From Somniosus microcephalus (taxonomy: Eukaryota), in the NCBI GenBank assembly GCA_052327205.1, contig CM126207.1, positions 201,748,001 through 201,812,000 on the forward strand: 64,000 nt of DNA, in the 5' to 3' direction. Below, piece after piece: positions 1 to 12,629 of the stretch. The notes beneath the pieces were generated by a model. It made no database searches, was not told the origin of the DNA, and saw only the letters and a program-made list of their open reading frames with translations. Made by a program: the position numbers and the translations under genes. Each line of letters opens with the position of its first letter. Positions within the stretch are counted from its first letter, which is position 1.

Positions 1-842
1 TGTGTTTTATCCATGTTTAATCTTTGAATGTTCTTAGTACAGTATAGTTTATTTCCTTTTTTCTTTAACAGTGTTAATACTCGGGTGTGACCTGAATTGA
101 TTCAATATTTCACTGTGGCCTTGTAACTGTTGATTTTAGTCAGAACTCTGCTGATTATTCAATACCAATTTTCATGTGGCACCTAGATTATTGTGATATT
201 GTTTCAACTACAACCAGAGAGCTGGCAGTTTGAAGTCTCAGTTTTAATTGGCATAACTACCATTGACTAAGCTTCTTCTGTCCTTGATTAGCCAGTTAGT
301 GAACAGTAGCTGAGTGATTTTTTTTTTCAGAGGATGGAGGAGGAGGAAGGAAACTCCTGGCAGAAATGCTTTTTGAATCAGCCAATAATGTTGAAAAACC
401 TGAACCTAAGTAATTTCAAGTTACTGGCTGAGGGAAGTAGCGTGGGAGTGGCAGATGGCTTGAAATAGAGAATGCTAAAATCTACATAAAGTATGCGGGA
501 GGAAGAGTACATTCAGCATAAAATAATCCCCACCCATTTATTCACTCTGTGCATACACTGTGAAGGAGTGGGGTAATGCTCACAAAGGGTAGTGTCCCTT
601 TAGGATGTTCTAACTTTTGAATATCACCCACATCAGTCTTTCCTTTCCTCTGGAATAAAGAGGCACTCCCCAGGGGTGGATCCTTGATCCTCTTTTTTTT
701 CCCTTGTCAAATAAATGTTCACTTCTTTCACTTTGCAAGACTGCAACTCAAAGTGCATTTCTGCCAGGAATTTCCTCCCTCCTGCTCACCCATCTGCCGG
801 AAACAATCACTCAGCTACTGTTTACTCTAACTGGCTAATCAA

Positions 843-935
843 GGTGGGAGGAGGCTCGTGTGGAGCGTAAATACTGGCATGGACCAGTTGGGCTGAATGG
901 CCTGTTTCTATGCTGTACATTCTCTAATTCTATGC
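843..935 (+). mobile_element. CR1 LINE 3' tail fragment
   Basis: Ends ...gggctgaatggcctgtttctatgctgtacattctctaattctatg, the CR1/HE1-type 3' stem plus (ATTCTATG)-like tail. Confidence 0.6.
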
Positions 936-1001
936 ATGCTTTGTTTATTGAATTAGTAAAAGCTAATGTATCCTGATTTTCTGAAAGGAACTCTTAAAAG
1001 T

Positions 1002-1740
1002 GAACCATCTCCCCTTGACATTCAATGGCATTACCATCGCTGAATCCCCCACTGTCAACATCCTGGGGGTTACCATTGATCAGAAACTAAACTGGACCAG
1101 CCATATAAATACTGTGGCGCTACAAGAGCAGGCCAGAGGCTGTGAATTCTGTGGCGAGTGTCTCACCTCCTGACTCCCCAAAGCCTTTCCACCATCTACA
1201 AGGCACAAGTCAGGAGTGTGATGGAATACTCTCCACTTGCCTGGATGAGTGCAGCTCCAACAACACTCAAGAAGCTCGACACCATTCAGGATAAAGCAGC
1301 CCGCTTGATTGGCACTCCATCCACCACCTTCAACATTCACTCCCTCCACCACCGGCGCACTGTGGCTGCAGTGTGTACCATCTACAAGATGCACTGCACA
1401 ACTCGTCAAAGCTCCTTCAACAGCACCTTCCAAACCCGCGACCTCTACCACTTAGAAGGACAAGGGCAGCAGACGCATGGGAACATCACCACCTACAAGT
1501 TCCCCTCCAAGCCACACACCATCCTGACTTGGACCTGTACCGCCGTTCCTTCACTGTCGCTGGGCCAAAATCCTGGAACTCCCTTCCTAACAGCATTGTG
1601 GGTGTACCTACACCATGTGGACTGCAGCGGTTCAAGAAGGCGGCTCACCACCATCTTCTCAAGGGCAATTAGGGATGGGCACTAAATGCAGGCCTAGCCA
1701 GCCAGTGACGCCCACATCCCATCAATGAATTTTAAAAAAG
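1002..1740 (+). mobile_element. 5'-truncated CR1-clade LINE (family A), RT C-terminus and 3'UTR
   Basis: ORFs 1158-1685 and 1373-1672 (IYKAQVRSVMEYS...SWNSLP), frameshifted. Near-identical to 27600-28330. Tail aagggcaattagggatgggc...gacgcccacatccc. Confidence 0.9.
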
Positions 1741-1867
1741 TATTCATTTAATAAAAAATAAAAAAATTTCAAAACAAAAGTGATGGACTTGCTCAAGTTC
1801 AGTGTTGTAACCAAAATATCTGTCTTTTTCTGTTTGGGAGGAAAACTGCAAACTATTTTCTATGAAG

Positions 1868-2175
1868 GGGGGGCACGGTGGCATAGTGGTTAGCACTGTT
1901 GCCTCACAGCGCCAGGGACCCGGGTTCAAATCTGGCCTCGGGCGACTGTCTGTGTGGAGTTTGCACGTTCTCCCTGTGTCTGCGTGGGTTTCCTCCGGGT
2001 GCTCCGGTTTCCTCCCACAGTCCAAAGATGTGCGGGTTAGGTTGATTTGGCTATGATAAATTGACCCTTAGTGTTAGGGGATTAAATACATGGGGTTACG
2101 GGGATAGGGTGGGATATGTGTCGGTGCAGGCTCGATGGGCTGAAATGGCCTCTATCTGCACTGTTGATTCTGTGA
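1868..2175 (+). mobile_element. tRNA-derived HE1-like (V-SINE) SINE
   Basis: A box ggtggcatagtgg, B box gggttcaaatc, V-domain core gtgtggagtttgcacgttctccc...ggtttcctcccacagtccaaagatgtg, CR1-like tail gatgggctgaaatggcct. Confidence 0.85.
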
Positions 2176-2569
2176 AGGCAGTATTCCTTCACCTGGTGCC
2201 TCCCCGATCCCGTCTATTATAGATATTTCAGACCAGGCATGACATTTGGAGATCGCAGACCTTGCTTATTAGACCTCACTCAAGCTGTGTTTATGCTGCA
2301 GAACTACTTACGGAAAGCATTTGCAGTGTCTACCACCTGCTGGTGAAACTGCCTGTTTTATACTTCAGAATGGCTTCACAAACATAGGTTGAGAATAGGA
2401 TGTCTCCGGCAATTTAAGAAAAACGTGAGCGGTCTGATCGCCACCCATTCCATTTTTTAAATTACAATTGAAGTGTTTTTTTAAAAGCAATTTGTGCTAT
2501 TTGAGCTGATACTGTTGTGCTGCATTTTTTGCAGAATGGTGTTTTTCAAGTGAGACAATAAACCAAAAA

Positions 2570-2840
2570 GTTGACCTTTTTGGGTGGACATAAAAGATTC
2601 CTTGGCTCTATTCGAAGTTGCAAAGGGAGTTCTGGTGTGCTGGCGATCAGTCATCCCTTAACTAATACAGATTAACTGGCCATTTTAATTTGCTCTTTGT
2701 GGGACCTTGCTGTGTGTAAATTGGCTGCCGTTTTTGCTTACATTATAATGATGACTACACTTCAAAAGTAGATTAATTTGCTGTGAAATGTTTTGGAATA
2801 TCTGAGGATGTAATAAGGCATTGCATAAATGTGAGTTTGT
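2570..2840 (+). mobile_element. SacSINE1/DeuSINE-like 3' fragment
   Basis: Aligns by eye to 57280-57555 (gggaccttgctgtgtgtaaattggctgcc...gactacacttcaaaagta). Confidence 0.7.
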
Positions 2841-2989
2841 TTTTATAATATGATTGAAGTTTATGAATAAAGTAGATCTGAGTTTGTTGCATGCGATGCT
2901 CTATTTGGCCTGACTAAGAATTAGCAGTATTCTCAACTGAGGTAATTAACTTAGTGATGGGCAACCTTGAATCTACATAGTCATCCATT

Positions 2990-3145
2990 GTATTTTCCCT
3001 TCTGTTTCCTACCAATTTTCTCCTCTCGCTGCCTATTCAAGCATGGCAGGCATCACAGTCACAATTGATCCTGACCTCACGTGCAGTTTCAGCAGCGGCC
3101 ACTGGAGAGCTTTCAGGAGTAGGAACCCTGACTGCTTTCCTCTTT
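2990..3145 (-). mobile_element. AmnSINE2-like ancient SINE fragment
   Basis: Reverse complement of the core agccagggttcctrctcctga...ccagtg...ctgctg also seen at 61322-61660. Family name from memory. Confidence 0.45.
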
Positions 3146-3152
3146 TCTTTTC

Positions 3153-3295
3153 AGTCAGTTCTGACGAAAGGTCATCGACCTGAAATGCTAAACTCTGTTT
3201 CTCTCTCCCCAGATGCTGCCTGACCTGCTGAGCATTTCCAGCATTTTCTGTTTTTATGTCAGATTTCCAGCATCCGCAGTCATTTGCTTATGAAT
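3153..3295 (+). mobile_element. Short Penelope-related repeat carrying a minimal hammerhead ribozyme core
   Basis: agtt-CTGACGA-a-aggtc-atc-gacct-GAAA-tgcta-aact at 3157-3194, followed by cagatgctgcctgacctgctgag...ttccagcatcc, similar to the Penelope 3' region 35890-36030. Confidence 0.7.
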
Positions 3296-3641
3296 TAACT
3301 TTTAAGATCCCGATTCTTGCCCTCAAATCCCTTCATGACCATGCCTTGCCCTGCCTCTGTGGCCTCCAGTCAAATGTACCTTTTGTGCATGCTCCTTTGT
3401 AAATCAGGAGCGCTATGGAAATGTACAATATTCGCATTTCAGTTGTAGACCCTTCATTGAGAACTGGAAGCTAAGTATGTGGCTTAATAGGATTGAGGAA
3501 AATAACGGAAAAGAATAACACGTACAAGACAAGCGTCTTCTTTACTGGCTACTATCCCAAAGAAGCACTTAATGAACCTGATTCACACCTGGTCTGTGAA
3601 TAGGTTTCCAAAAACATGAGGTGAAAAAGTGCTGGATAATA

Positions 3642-3976
3642 CAGGTTGAGCTTCCCGAATCCGGCAACCTTGGGACCGAGACCGAAGCCGAGCCGGTTTT
3701 CATGCTTTTCCGGACATCGGAACGTGTTTCTGATGTCCGAAGTCCGGAAACGCCCAAGTCCAGGTTGCGATATTTCCGGACTTCGGACATCAGAAACACG
3801 TTCCGAGTCCAGAAATGCCTGGGCCCAGGTTGCGATATTTCCAGTTTTTGGTAAGCCTCCCTCAGGGTGTCCGGATTCCGGAACATTTTGCGGATTCCAG
3901 ACGACCCTGCCACCAATCGTCCCGGATTCCGGAACATTCTGGATTCCAGAACTCCAGATTTTGGACACTCAACCTG
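3642..3976. mobile_element. Tc1/mariner (Tigger/pogo-like) MITE, family B
   Basis: TA at 3640-41 and 3977-78; termini CAGGTTGAG...CTCAACCTG; CpG-rich; perfect 34-bp internal inverted repeat 3717-3750/3773-3806. Confidence 0.8.
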
Positions 3977-4255
3977 TATATGAAGATTATATCAGTTGGG
4001 CATTAGAAAGATGGAGGGAGGTAAAACAGGTTCGAATTGAAGGGCAATTAAGTGGAAGCTGGATGGGAGAAACAGGAATTTACTGTAAATGGAATTTCAG
4101 TGTAGAGTTGCATCTAAGCAGGTTACAGTATGGCACTACATAGAGAAAATGAGGACTTTCAGAAAGCTAACTAATTGAACTGTGCATCAGATTTGTAGAG
4201 CAGTGCGGCTTTACTTTGTATTTTAAATATTGCAGATGAGCAAAAACATTACATA

Positions 4256-4873
4256 CTAGCTGGGGGAGCCCGGCTTTGCCAGGACTGTTTTGGGCCGGGC
4301 GGTTTAAATCGAGTCCCAGGCTTTGGGGCCTGTCTGTCTGTCCCTGTGTGAATCTGCTGCCGGGCAACATTTCTACCTTTTAATAGCTTCAAAGATGAAA
4401 GTGAAAGTATTTATAAAACGTTTTTGGTAAATGTTATGTAATTTTTAAAAGAGATACTAACTTTTTCGAAGCTGGATTAGCAGAGTAGTTTGAGCTGGAA
4501 GTAGTGAAGCAATGGCTGCCCGATGCCTGAGTTGAAAAGCATTAGTCCCGCCCACAGACGCAGCGATTGGCCAACCATCAGGCGACTGAACTGTAGGATT
4601 GGTCAATCGTGCCGGCACAGGATTGGTCGACCTTGACGTCAGTCAATCAATGCTACTTAGCAGATAATGAGTTTAATTTTGAAGGTTTTTTGCATAACGC
4701 GCGAACAATATTTGTCCGGCCGAAACGTAAATACGCTTAGGACGGTTCTGGAATCGTCAGCTTTCTTTTAACGTAACGCACGTGTAGGTACGCTCTATAA
4801 CTTTCGAGTTAATTCAAGACAGACAGACAGACGGAATGACAGACAGAAGTATCCTTTTATTTATATATATAGA
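4256..4873 (-). mobile_element. Non-autonomous Helitron
   Basis: On the minus strand: A|TCTATATATATAAA 5' end, (CTGT)n microsatellite, 3' hairpin cctggc-aaa-gccggg about 10 nt before the terminal CTAG|T; no TSD. Confidence 0.75.
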
Positions 4874-5564
4874 TTCATATGTCGTCTATTATTGAGCTTA
4901 TCGATCACTAAAACCCACACTGCAATTTCTCTGTTGCATTGGCAGGCATAAACCCCAATTCCATTATCTTGTAATCCCCCATTAAAGATAATGATACTTA
5001 TCAAAATAATGAGGCTTGTGCAAAATATTTGCATTTAAGCTCATTTGCTCTGTGTGTTCCGTCATTTTGGGAGTGGAGGAACCGACCTGAGCTGAAGATG
5101 GTATTTCACTGCGAGGTTATCAGTGGTTTGAAATTATACGGCTAATTGCTGTCTGTCCCAGAAGCAGTAACTCCCACGATCTCTTCTGAGGAACTATATT
5201 TAGCTTCTGCTGAAACGAGGCATTCTAAAACACAATCATGTGTATTTGCTCCCTGCTGAGGTTTTAGTCTTCTCTCAGCTTCCACCTTCTGCTAATAGCT
5301 AATTGCTGGAGAAACTTCAGGAGAAAATTTGATGCAGGTAGATGAAGAATTTACCATGTGATTAGTTTTAGTTTTATAGAGTAGATTTCTCTTAACTTTT
5401 TTAAAAAGAAAAGTGCAGAGCTGTTCTTGGGTTTGGATTTTTTACATTTTAAGCAGTAATTTACACCTTGAGGATATGTTACCATTCAATGAGGGCAGTA
5501 ATCCTCCTTTTTCTTTGTGTGGCATCCTCCTTTGTTCCTTTGCCTTCCCGTGCAGGTCAAGGTT

Positions 5565-5950
5565 GGGCAATCTGTGGTGGTTATATGACTGGATTAGCAA
5601 TCCAGAGGCCTTGACTAATAATCCAGAGAATGCAAGTTCAAAACCCACCATGGCAATTTGAGAATTTGAGTTCAGTTTAGAAAATTTGGAAATAAAAAAA
5701 CTGGTATCAGTAAAAGTGACTAAGAAGCTGTCAAATTGTCATAAAAACCCAACTGGTTCAGTAAGGGAAGGAAACTTAGCCTTACCTAGTTTGGCCTATA
5801 TGTGACTTCAGTTCCACACCAATGTGGTTGACTCTTAACTGCCCTCTGAAGTAGCCGAGCATTCCACTCTGATCTTGGAACAACCAGGGATGGGCAATAA
5901 ATGCTGACCTAGCCTGCAGCATCCACATCCTGAGAATTAATTTTTAAAAA
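5565..5950 (+). mobile_element. tRNA-derived SINE sharing the 3' tail of LINE family A
   Basis: tRNA-like head (gtggtgg...gactggattagcaatcc...agttcaaaaccc); tail agggatgggcaataaatgctgacctagcc...ccacatcc matches the LINE A 3' end at 1670-1720 and 28270-28320. Confidence 0.75.
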
Positions 5951-6481
5951 TTAAGTTTTCCTGAGGTGATGTGCCCAAAATGAACACAGTACGCCAAATG
6001 GGGTCTGACCAAGGCTCTGTACAACTGAAAGCATCACTTCTTCACTTTTGAAGTCCTACCCCCGTTAACCCATTAGCCCTTTTGATTGCTTTTTGCACTT
6101 GTGCACTGGCTTTTAGTGATTTGTTTACATGGACACCTGAATGCCTTTTGCTCCTCCATAGCTCATAATCTCTCGCCATTCAGAAAATATTCCAAATTGT
6201 CTTTTCAGATCCAGGTGGATGAACTCACACTTCCCCCACATTGAACTCCATCTACCATAGTTTTGTCCACTCCTTTGTCTGTCTACGTCCCTTTTTAACC
6301 TCCTGCTCCCACCTTCACAACTTACTGTGCTTCCTAACTTGGATATGTAACTCCCTATTCTCTTCCTTCATCCAAGTCATTAATACAAAAGGGGAAAAGC
6401 TAAGGCTCCAGTACAAATCCATGGGGCACAACACTTGTCACATTCCATCAATCATCGAACATTCTGTTTATCCTTAGTCTC

Positions 6482-6795
6482 TCACTGTGGCTCAATGGGT
6501 AGCTCTCTCGCCTCTGAGTCAGAAAGTTGTGGGTTTAAGTCCCACTCCAAGGACTTGAGTCCAAAAATCTTGGCTGACACTCCAGTGAAGTGCGGAGGGA
6601 GTGCTGCTCCGGTAACCTGGCCAATACTTGGCCCTCAATCAACACAACATGCGGGAGCTTGCTGTGCGCAAATTGGCTGCCGCATTTCCTACATCACAAC
6701 GCTGACAACACTCCAAAAGCACTTCATTAGCTGTAAAGCGCTTTGAGACGTCCGGTGGTCGTGAAAGACACTATATAAATGCAAGTCTTTCTTTT
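6482..6795 (+). mobile_element. SacSINE1/DeuSINE-like SINE, internally deleted
   Basis: gtggctcaatgggtagc...gcctctgagtcagaaag head; tail gtaaagcgctttgagacgtccggtggtcgtgaaagacactatataaatgcaagtctttc. Confidence 0.8.
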
Positions 6796-7077
6796 TCTCT
6801 CCTACCTCTCAACCAAGATTACCTCCAATCCTATGCGCTTTCATTTTTGATAATATCTTGTCCGGAATCTTATCGAATGCTTTCTAAAAGCTCATATAGA
6901 TCATCTTTATAGGCACTCCCCTATCCACCATGCTAGTGACTGCCTCAAAAAAAATTCAACTAGATTAGTCAGACATGGCCTACCCATCACAAATCCATGC
7001 TGATTCTTTGATCAGCTGATACTCAGTCACTTTGTCCCTGGTGATAGATTACACTAACTTTCTCCCAACTGATATTA

Positions 7078-7418
7078 CAGGAAACTTCGCGATATCCGGT
7101 ACCGACGGGACCGGCGTGACGCCAGTCTATGAAAACCTCCGGACAGACCAGCGCTAATGTTGAAGGATACGGAGGTTTTCATCTCCGTATCTGACAACAA
7201 ACACTGTTGCTTAGCAACAGCTTGTAAACAGTCGGCCCGTACCTTGGAAGCGTCTCTGTAGCTTAGCAACAGCTTCAGAGAGGCTTTCCAGAGACTGACT
7301 GACTTTTTAAAAATGTTAGGTTTTTTTTCGTTTTTTTTCTTCTAACAACGGCTGCTGATTTCTGCTGTTAGATCGAGGTTTCCGGACATACAACCTCCGG
7401 ATAAACCAAAGTTTCCTG
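7078..7418. mobile_element. Tigger-like MITE family A, copy 1
   Basis: TA|CAGGAAACTT...AAGTTTCCTG|TA; internal sequence shared with 23743-24074 and 58452-58784. Confidence 0.85.
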
Positions 7419-8457
7419 TAACTTGACAGGTTTGTAATTACCTGGTTTCTCCTCTCCAGTCTTAGAAAATTGCAAATGCCACTATTTAATCTCTTGGCAC
7501 AATTCCTGAATCTGGAGAGAGTTGCAAATTTGTGACTGACTCACCTTCAATTTCCTCACCTATTTCTTTGTTTCTACCACAGACAATTCTCCAGGGCCTA
7601 ATTTAATACTCTATGTTAAGCCCCATTATTTTCTCCAATACAGTTTTTAAAACATTAAGTCAATTAACGTTTTAAACATTAGGTTTCTCTCCTTGACTTA
7701 TTTTTAGGTGTGGTTGTACTGCTGGTGTTTTATCCTCTTTCTCCACTGTGAAAACAGATATAAAGCACTGAACCTTTAGGTTGGTGTGCCAATGCACTGT
7801 GCTACCATGTTGCTCAGGAATTAGCAATGACTTGTTTGCCAGCTACCATGACCTCCGCAGGTAGTAGGTACGTGCATTAGGAGGACTTCATGGCCTGCTG
7901 CATAGCTTTTATTTCTCTGGCTCTACTTTACCAATAGAACAGGAATTAACCAGTGTAAGTGCTTATTTTCAAGGCTATTATATTTCCCTAAATCTTCTCA
8001 GTGGAAAATCATATTTTTTGTATCGAGTCCAAGAGCAAATTTTGAATTCAATTATATTTGAAAAGTTATATTTTAACTATCTTGCTATAACAGAAGTTTC
8101 TTTTTTCATTTTATTTCTTCAAGTCAATGAAATTTAGCAGCACCAACCTTTTAGTTTCGATTAGGCGCAGAGCTAAATTACATTCACTTAGAAAATGTGT
8201 GTTCTTACGTTGCTCTCTAGTGCCCTTTGGCTGTGTTCAGCTGAAACTGTATCTTTCAAATCTTTCATGTAAACTTGTTATTTCTTTTCACTGGGAGTTT
8301 TTTTACTTGGTTAATTCCACAAAATTGAAACTCCAGAGAGCCTGATCTGTTTGCTAAAAGCATTTGGGTTGATTGTGGAGAGTAGCAGACTTGGATTTGT
8401 AAAACAGAGTAGGAGATATGTAAATTGCGAGGTACAGTAATACTGAAATAAGATATA

Positions 8458-10171
8458 GGCTGCGATTGCCATCGCTCAGAGGGCGGGTTCGGAGGTAGGT
8501 CAGTTGTTAAATTTGCAATGATTGCGGCGGGTTGTAAACCCGCCACAATTCCGCCTCCATGTGAGTTTCCAAAGTGTCGGGTCTGCGACCTCAGAACAGA
8601 CCCGACACCAAGCGGCGGGTGAGGAATTTAAGACACTTAACTCCTTGTTAAGTGCTTGTTAATTGCTATTTTGACAGCCTTTTCCTATTTTCGCACATTT
8701 TAAATGGGTTTCATGACGTTCGGAGTTCATGTTGGGAGTAGCAGCGAGCTGCATAGTTCAAAGCTGCAACTGCAGTATCAAAGCTGAACTCACATCTGTT
8801 CACTTTCAAATGTCAGAGGTTGCTGATTTCAGGATTTGGAAGACACATTTAATCTGTCTGAAGGCTGTAAGTGTGTGGTGTTAACTCTATATGCACTGTC
8901 ACCTCCTTGGAGCAAGCTCTCTCGCCATTGACAGATCGCTTCTGCTATCTGAACTTCAGCTGCCATCTATTCCAGCAACATCAGTGCCCTTGAAAAAATC
9001 TCACCTTGGTCCTCTGAATCCCTCCACAATCAGCCCCATCACCAACAACAACACCAACCTTCTGCGCAATCACCTGATGCTGCACAGGGCACCAGCACCC
9101 GACCACATTGCTGCCCGGGAGGCCAGCGATGGCATCACCATGGCCAGATTTACTTCACTTGACACTGTACACCCTGGCTGCCACATGATGCGCCAGGTTA
9201 ATACCACCCCACACCATCACCATAAAGCATTCCTACAATGACCAACCCATTCCTTTCACACTCATCACCATTGTGGGAGATACCGTTATGTCTCATCATT
9301 CACTGCAATTCGTAAAGACACTTCCAAAGGTGAACACAGATCTGTACAATAAGGCAAAGTGTTGAGAATAAAGATTTCAATGTTTGACAACACATTAACA
9401 GAAAATTGACACGAACATTGCATAACACACCCAAGTGCCTACCCTTGTGTATTGTTAGTTGGTATGATTGGACTAGGATAAGGGTAAGTGTGAGGTGTGG
9501 CTAGTGAGATGGGGAAGTGATAATGTAGATAGAGAGGGATGGGTGGAGGTGCATGGTAAGTTGGTGTGAGTAAGGATGTGCAGGAGTAGGGTAGGGAACG
9601 CAGAGTGATGGGTATGTGACGAGTGACACAGCAGGGTGTGGATTTGCAGTAACGTTTCGTGATCTACTTAGATCATTGAAAGGTTTGCGCCATTGCAGCC
9701 TGCTATTCCTAACGACATCCCTGCTTTTGCCCTCCTGTGCAATGTGCAACCAGGCTGCGTCGATCTCCTGGGGAGGTCTCTTCTGCCAATGGGAAGGGAA
9801 GAGAACCTTCCTGCGTGCTGTGACTCCCCCCATAAGCATATGGAGGGAGTCATGCATGAGCCTGGATGCAGACGTCCACCTTTGTGCAGTGCTTGTCAGT
9901 GTTTGTAGCACCTCAGTGCTGCAGAACACTGACAGCACAACTGTCAAACTCAGTGTGGCCGTGGTCCCTTTAAGGAAACCGGCTGATGACTCATCAAAAG
10001 ACGTCAGCAGACCCACTTCCTAATAATTGGCTGGGAACCCCGCTGGGCGGGCTTAACCAGGCCAATCTATGAAAAATCCTTTTCACAGAGCGGCTGCAGC
10101 CAGGAGCGGGACCGGAACCCGTCAACCAGCTCTCCCGCCGCCATCCCACCTCCACTGGGAAAATCCTGCCC
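8458..10171 (-). mobile_element. PIF/Harbinger-derived element with a Myb/SANT-like gene remnant
   Basis: Degenerate termini ggctgcgattg...aaatcctgccc with ATA on both flanks. Minus ORF 9501-10016 contains ...RRKVLFP...AAWLHIAQE...RLQWRKPFNDL, resembling the Harbinger Myb-like DNA-binding domain. Confidence 0.65.
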
Positions 10172-10826
10172 ATAAATGTTGTGTATATATAGCATGCATG
10201 TTATTGTTATTACCCTAGCCTGAGCATTAGCTTTTTGAGCATATCCTTTGAGAGTTTTTTGTTGAATTGAGTTTATTAAAATTAATTTACTGAGAGCTCA
10301 AAAGTCAAATTTGGCCACCTGTTACAGAGCATGTACCTTTTCAGGTGATGTGATGGGAAGCTAAATTTGAGTTTGTGACACTGGGCAAAATATTACTCAC
10401 TTTCCTGTCCAGCCTGATCCTTCTCCCTAAACTTCTAGTATTGATTTTCAATCTTTCTCCCTCTCCTGTCCCCCTCCCCTGAAATTACCCAATTGCATTT
10501 TGCACCTTTCTGTTTATGCAATTCAAGCAAATCAGATGGAACTAAAAACAAAGTTAAACTCATCAAATAAGTTACCAATGTTGTCCTGTGCAGTGAAATG
10601 GGGATATGTTTGATCAGTCATTAATGATCATTACACTAAGAACTAACCGCAGAGGAGCCCTTAATTTTATAGCAGAGCTGCTACTTTTTTGGATAATCTA
10701 TTTCTTTTTTTGTTTAAAGTTGCATTAATTTAGATCAATTAACCTCCATTTTTCCAGTTACTGGAAGAACAAAGTCTATTACATTGGATTTGTGAGAAGA
10801 ATTTTGACCAAGTGCTGACCGATGCT

Positions 10827-11120
10827 CAGCGACATGAAGGATTCTTGGGGCCCTGGGCCCCAAGAACATTCGAGGCCTCTCCACACCCCTTGCACAACCT
10901 TTCCCCATCCATTAAAACACACGTGTAGTAAAAGGCATGAAGAAATAGGCCCACAGAATGTGTACACACTGCATTAATAATAAAGAAAATCATATCACAA
11001 TATATTATGCTTAAATTAAACTGATTCAGTGGTTCAATGCAGCTTTTTTTGCAATATGGTGAATTTTGCCCAGGACCCCTGGGCATGGGCCCGATAAGCC
11101 CGTGTGTTAATTCGCCCCTG
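10827..11120. mobile_element. Non-autonomous hAT MITE
   Basis: Right end aattcgcccCTG, degenerate left CAG end, GGGCCC subterminal motifs, imperfect 8-bp TSD ccgatgct/ctgatgat. Confidence 0.55.
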
Positions 11121-11134
11121 CTGATGATGTGATA

Positions 11135-11480
11135 CATTTCTACTGGCACTGGCAGCCCTCTAATACCTTGCCCAAGCAACCGTTGTTCATATGTGAGTGT
11201 AGAGATTGCGTGTCAGAAGACTCTTGTACAGTGGAGTGAGGGTAACAATGATCACCTGAGCCAGATTCTGTCCTCGCCCAACTTCCACATGTGCACATTC
11301 CTGTAGAGGTCACTGCAGGTGCACAGGAGTAACAACTGGCTGATTTTATTTCTACCTGCATATTTCAGGGGTGTTAAGACAACTAACACCCCTACTGCTG
11401 CTCCTGTAGAGATTAGTTATCTGGGCAATTCCAGGAATCTGCCTGGTCAGTGACTCAGTACCACATCACAAGATGAGTCA
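11135..11480 (-). mobile_element. AmnSINE2-like ancient SINE
   Basis: Reverse complement of the family at 61322-61660 (ttcatatgtgag, tcctcgcccaacttccaca, ctggctgatttt). Confidence 0.55.
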
Positions 11481-12629
11481 TCAGGAAATCAGACTTTTGC
11501 AATGTTACAACAGTTTTATTTTCAATAATCAAATGAAGAGATCATTGGTCAGCATCTTTTTATATAAAAACAAGGTCAGAATCAATCCAACACGCATGCA
11601 GGCACATGTGAGGCCAATGCCTATCGATTGAAAACCGTTAAAGTTGAACCTGTTGTGCTGTCAAAAAATCAAAAATTATTGTTTACCATTGAACTCCAGT
11701 TGTAATTCTAAACGTGGCAACCTTGATTTTAGAATTTATAGCCATTAATAATGACTCTTGATTATGGACCTATGAGAGTGGTAACCTTGAAATCCAGGAT
11801 GCTCATTATAGCTAGTAAAATCTTAGAATGCTTAATGGTAATAAAGTGCACTAAACTCACTGTTTGAGTTTATTTTTATTTATATCTACAGACATATTTT
11901 TAAAAAATGTTCCATCTCTCACTAATATAGGCACGTCTTCCATTTGTACTAAGGCAGCAAGTTGAAAATTAATTCAAAGTCGTTTGAGACCCTGATATCT
12001 AAAGGTAGATGTGGTTGTAACATATGCATGACCAGGTAAACATTTAATGTGTGTTAAAATATGAAATCAGGCAGTGATATTGCATGGCAAGATATCTTAT
12101 GGACAGTACTGGCAATCTGATTCTGTCCAGAAGAGTTAACTCCTTCCTCTGTGCTCTGAGTTAATTGTAGGTTCAAGAAAAGCAGTCATCTGCAGAAGCA
12201 ATGAAGTCCTTATTGCCGAGCTATTCAGGAAAGTACACATCTGGCATTCATGTTTAGAGAGTGCATAAAGACTTCAAAATAATTATCTGCTTAGTCAGGT
12301 TGCTGGTCTGCGACTAATGGTGAGGTTAAGTGTCCAATATGGCATCTAGGAAGCCACCCACACGAATGGTCAACAATAACATTTTATGCAAAACTGCTGG
12401 GAGGATTCTATTGTATGTGTCCTAAGGTCATATGCTTCGAGCATTGTGGTTGAAGGCTGATGCACAGTCTCCTCGGAGTCAACATAGCAATCTGCTTTAT
12501 CATTTCTTTTATTAGAAGGAGGCACAGTTTCATATGAAATGACATCTGCATTGGAGTTGAGCTGAAGCTCTCACTAATCCTCCTGTGGCTTGCACTGAAA
12601 AAGTCATTTTGTCCCCATCGAGGTGGCTA

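Larger units (their letters stand above)
5955..7640 (-). mobile_element. Old degraded CR1 LINE fragment, interrupted by a SINE and a MITE
   Basis: Antisense CR1 RT motifs (gcccaaaatgaacacagtac, acaaatccatgctga, ttatcgaatgctttc) collinear with 58200-59420. Confidence 0.6.

Noticed and set aside
331-468. Strong acceptor (T-run cag) followed by ATG GAG GAG GAG, a possible NUP93 5' exon
   Set aside because: The translation does not resemble the NUP93 N-terminus as I recall it, there is no good donor, and it ends in a stop.
3552-4143. Several overlapping 60-165 aa ORFs on both strands
   Set aside because: By-products of the GC-rich palindromic MITE.
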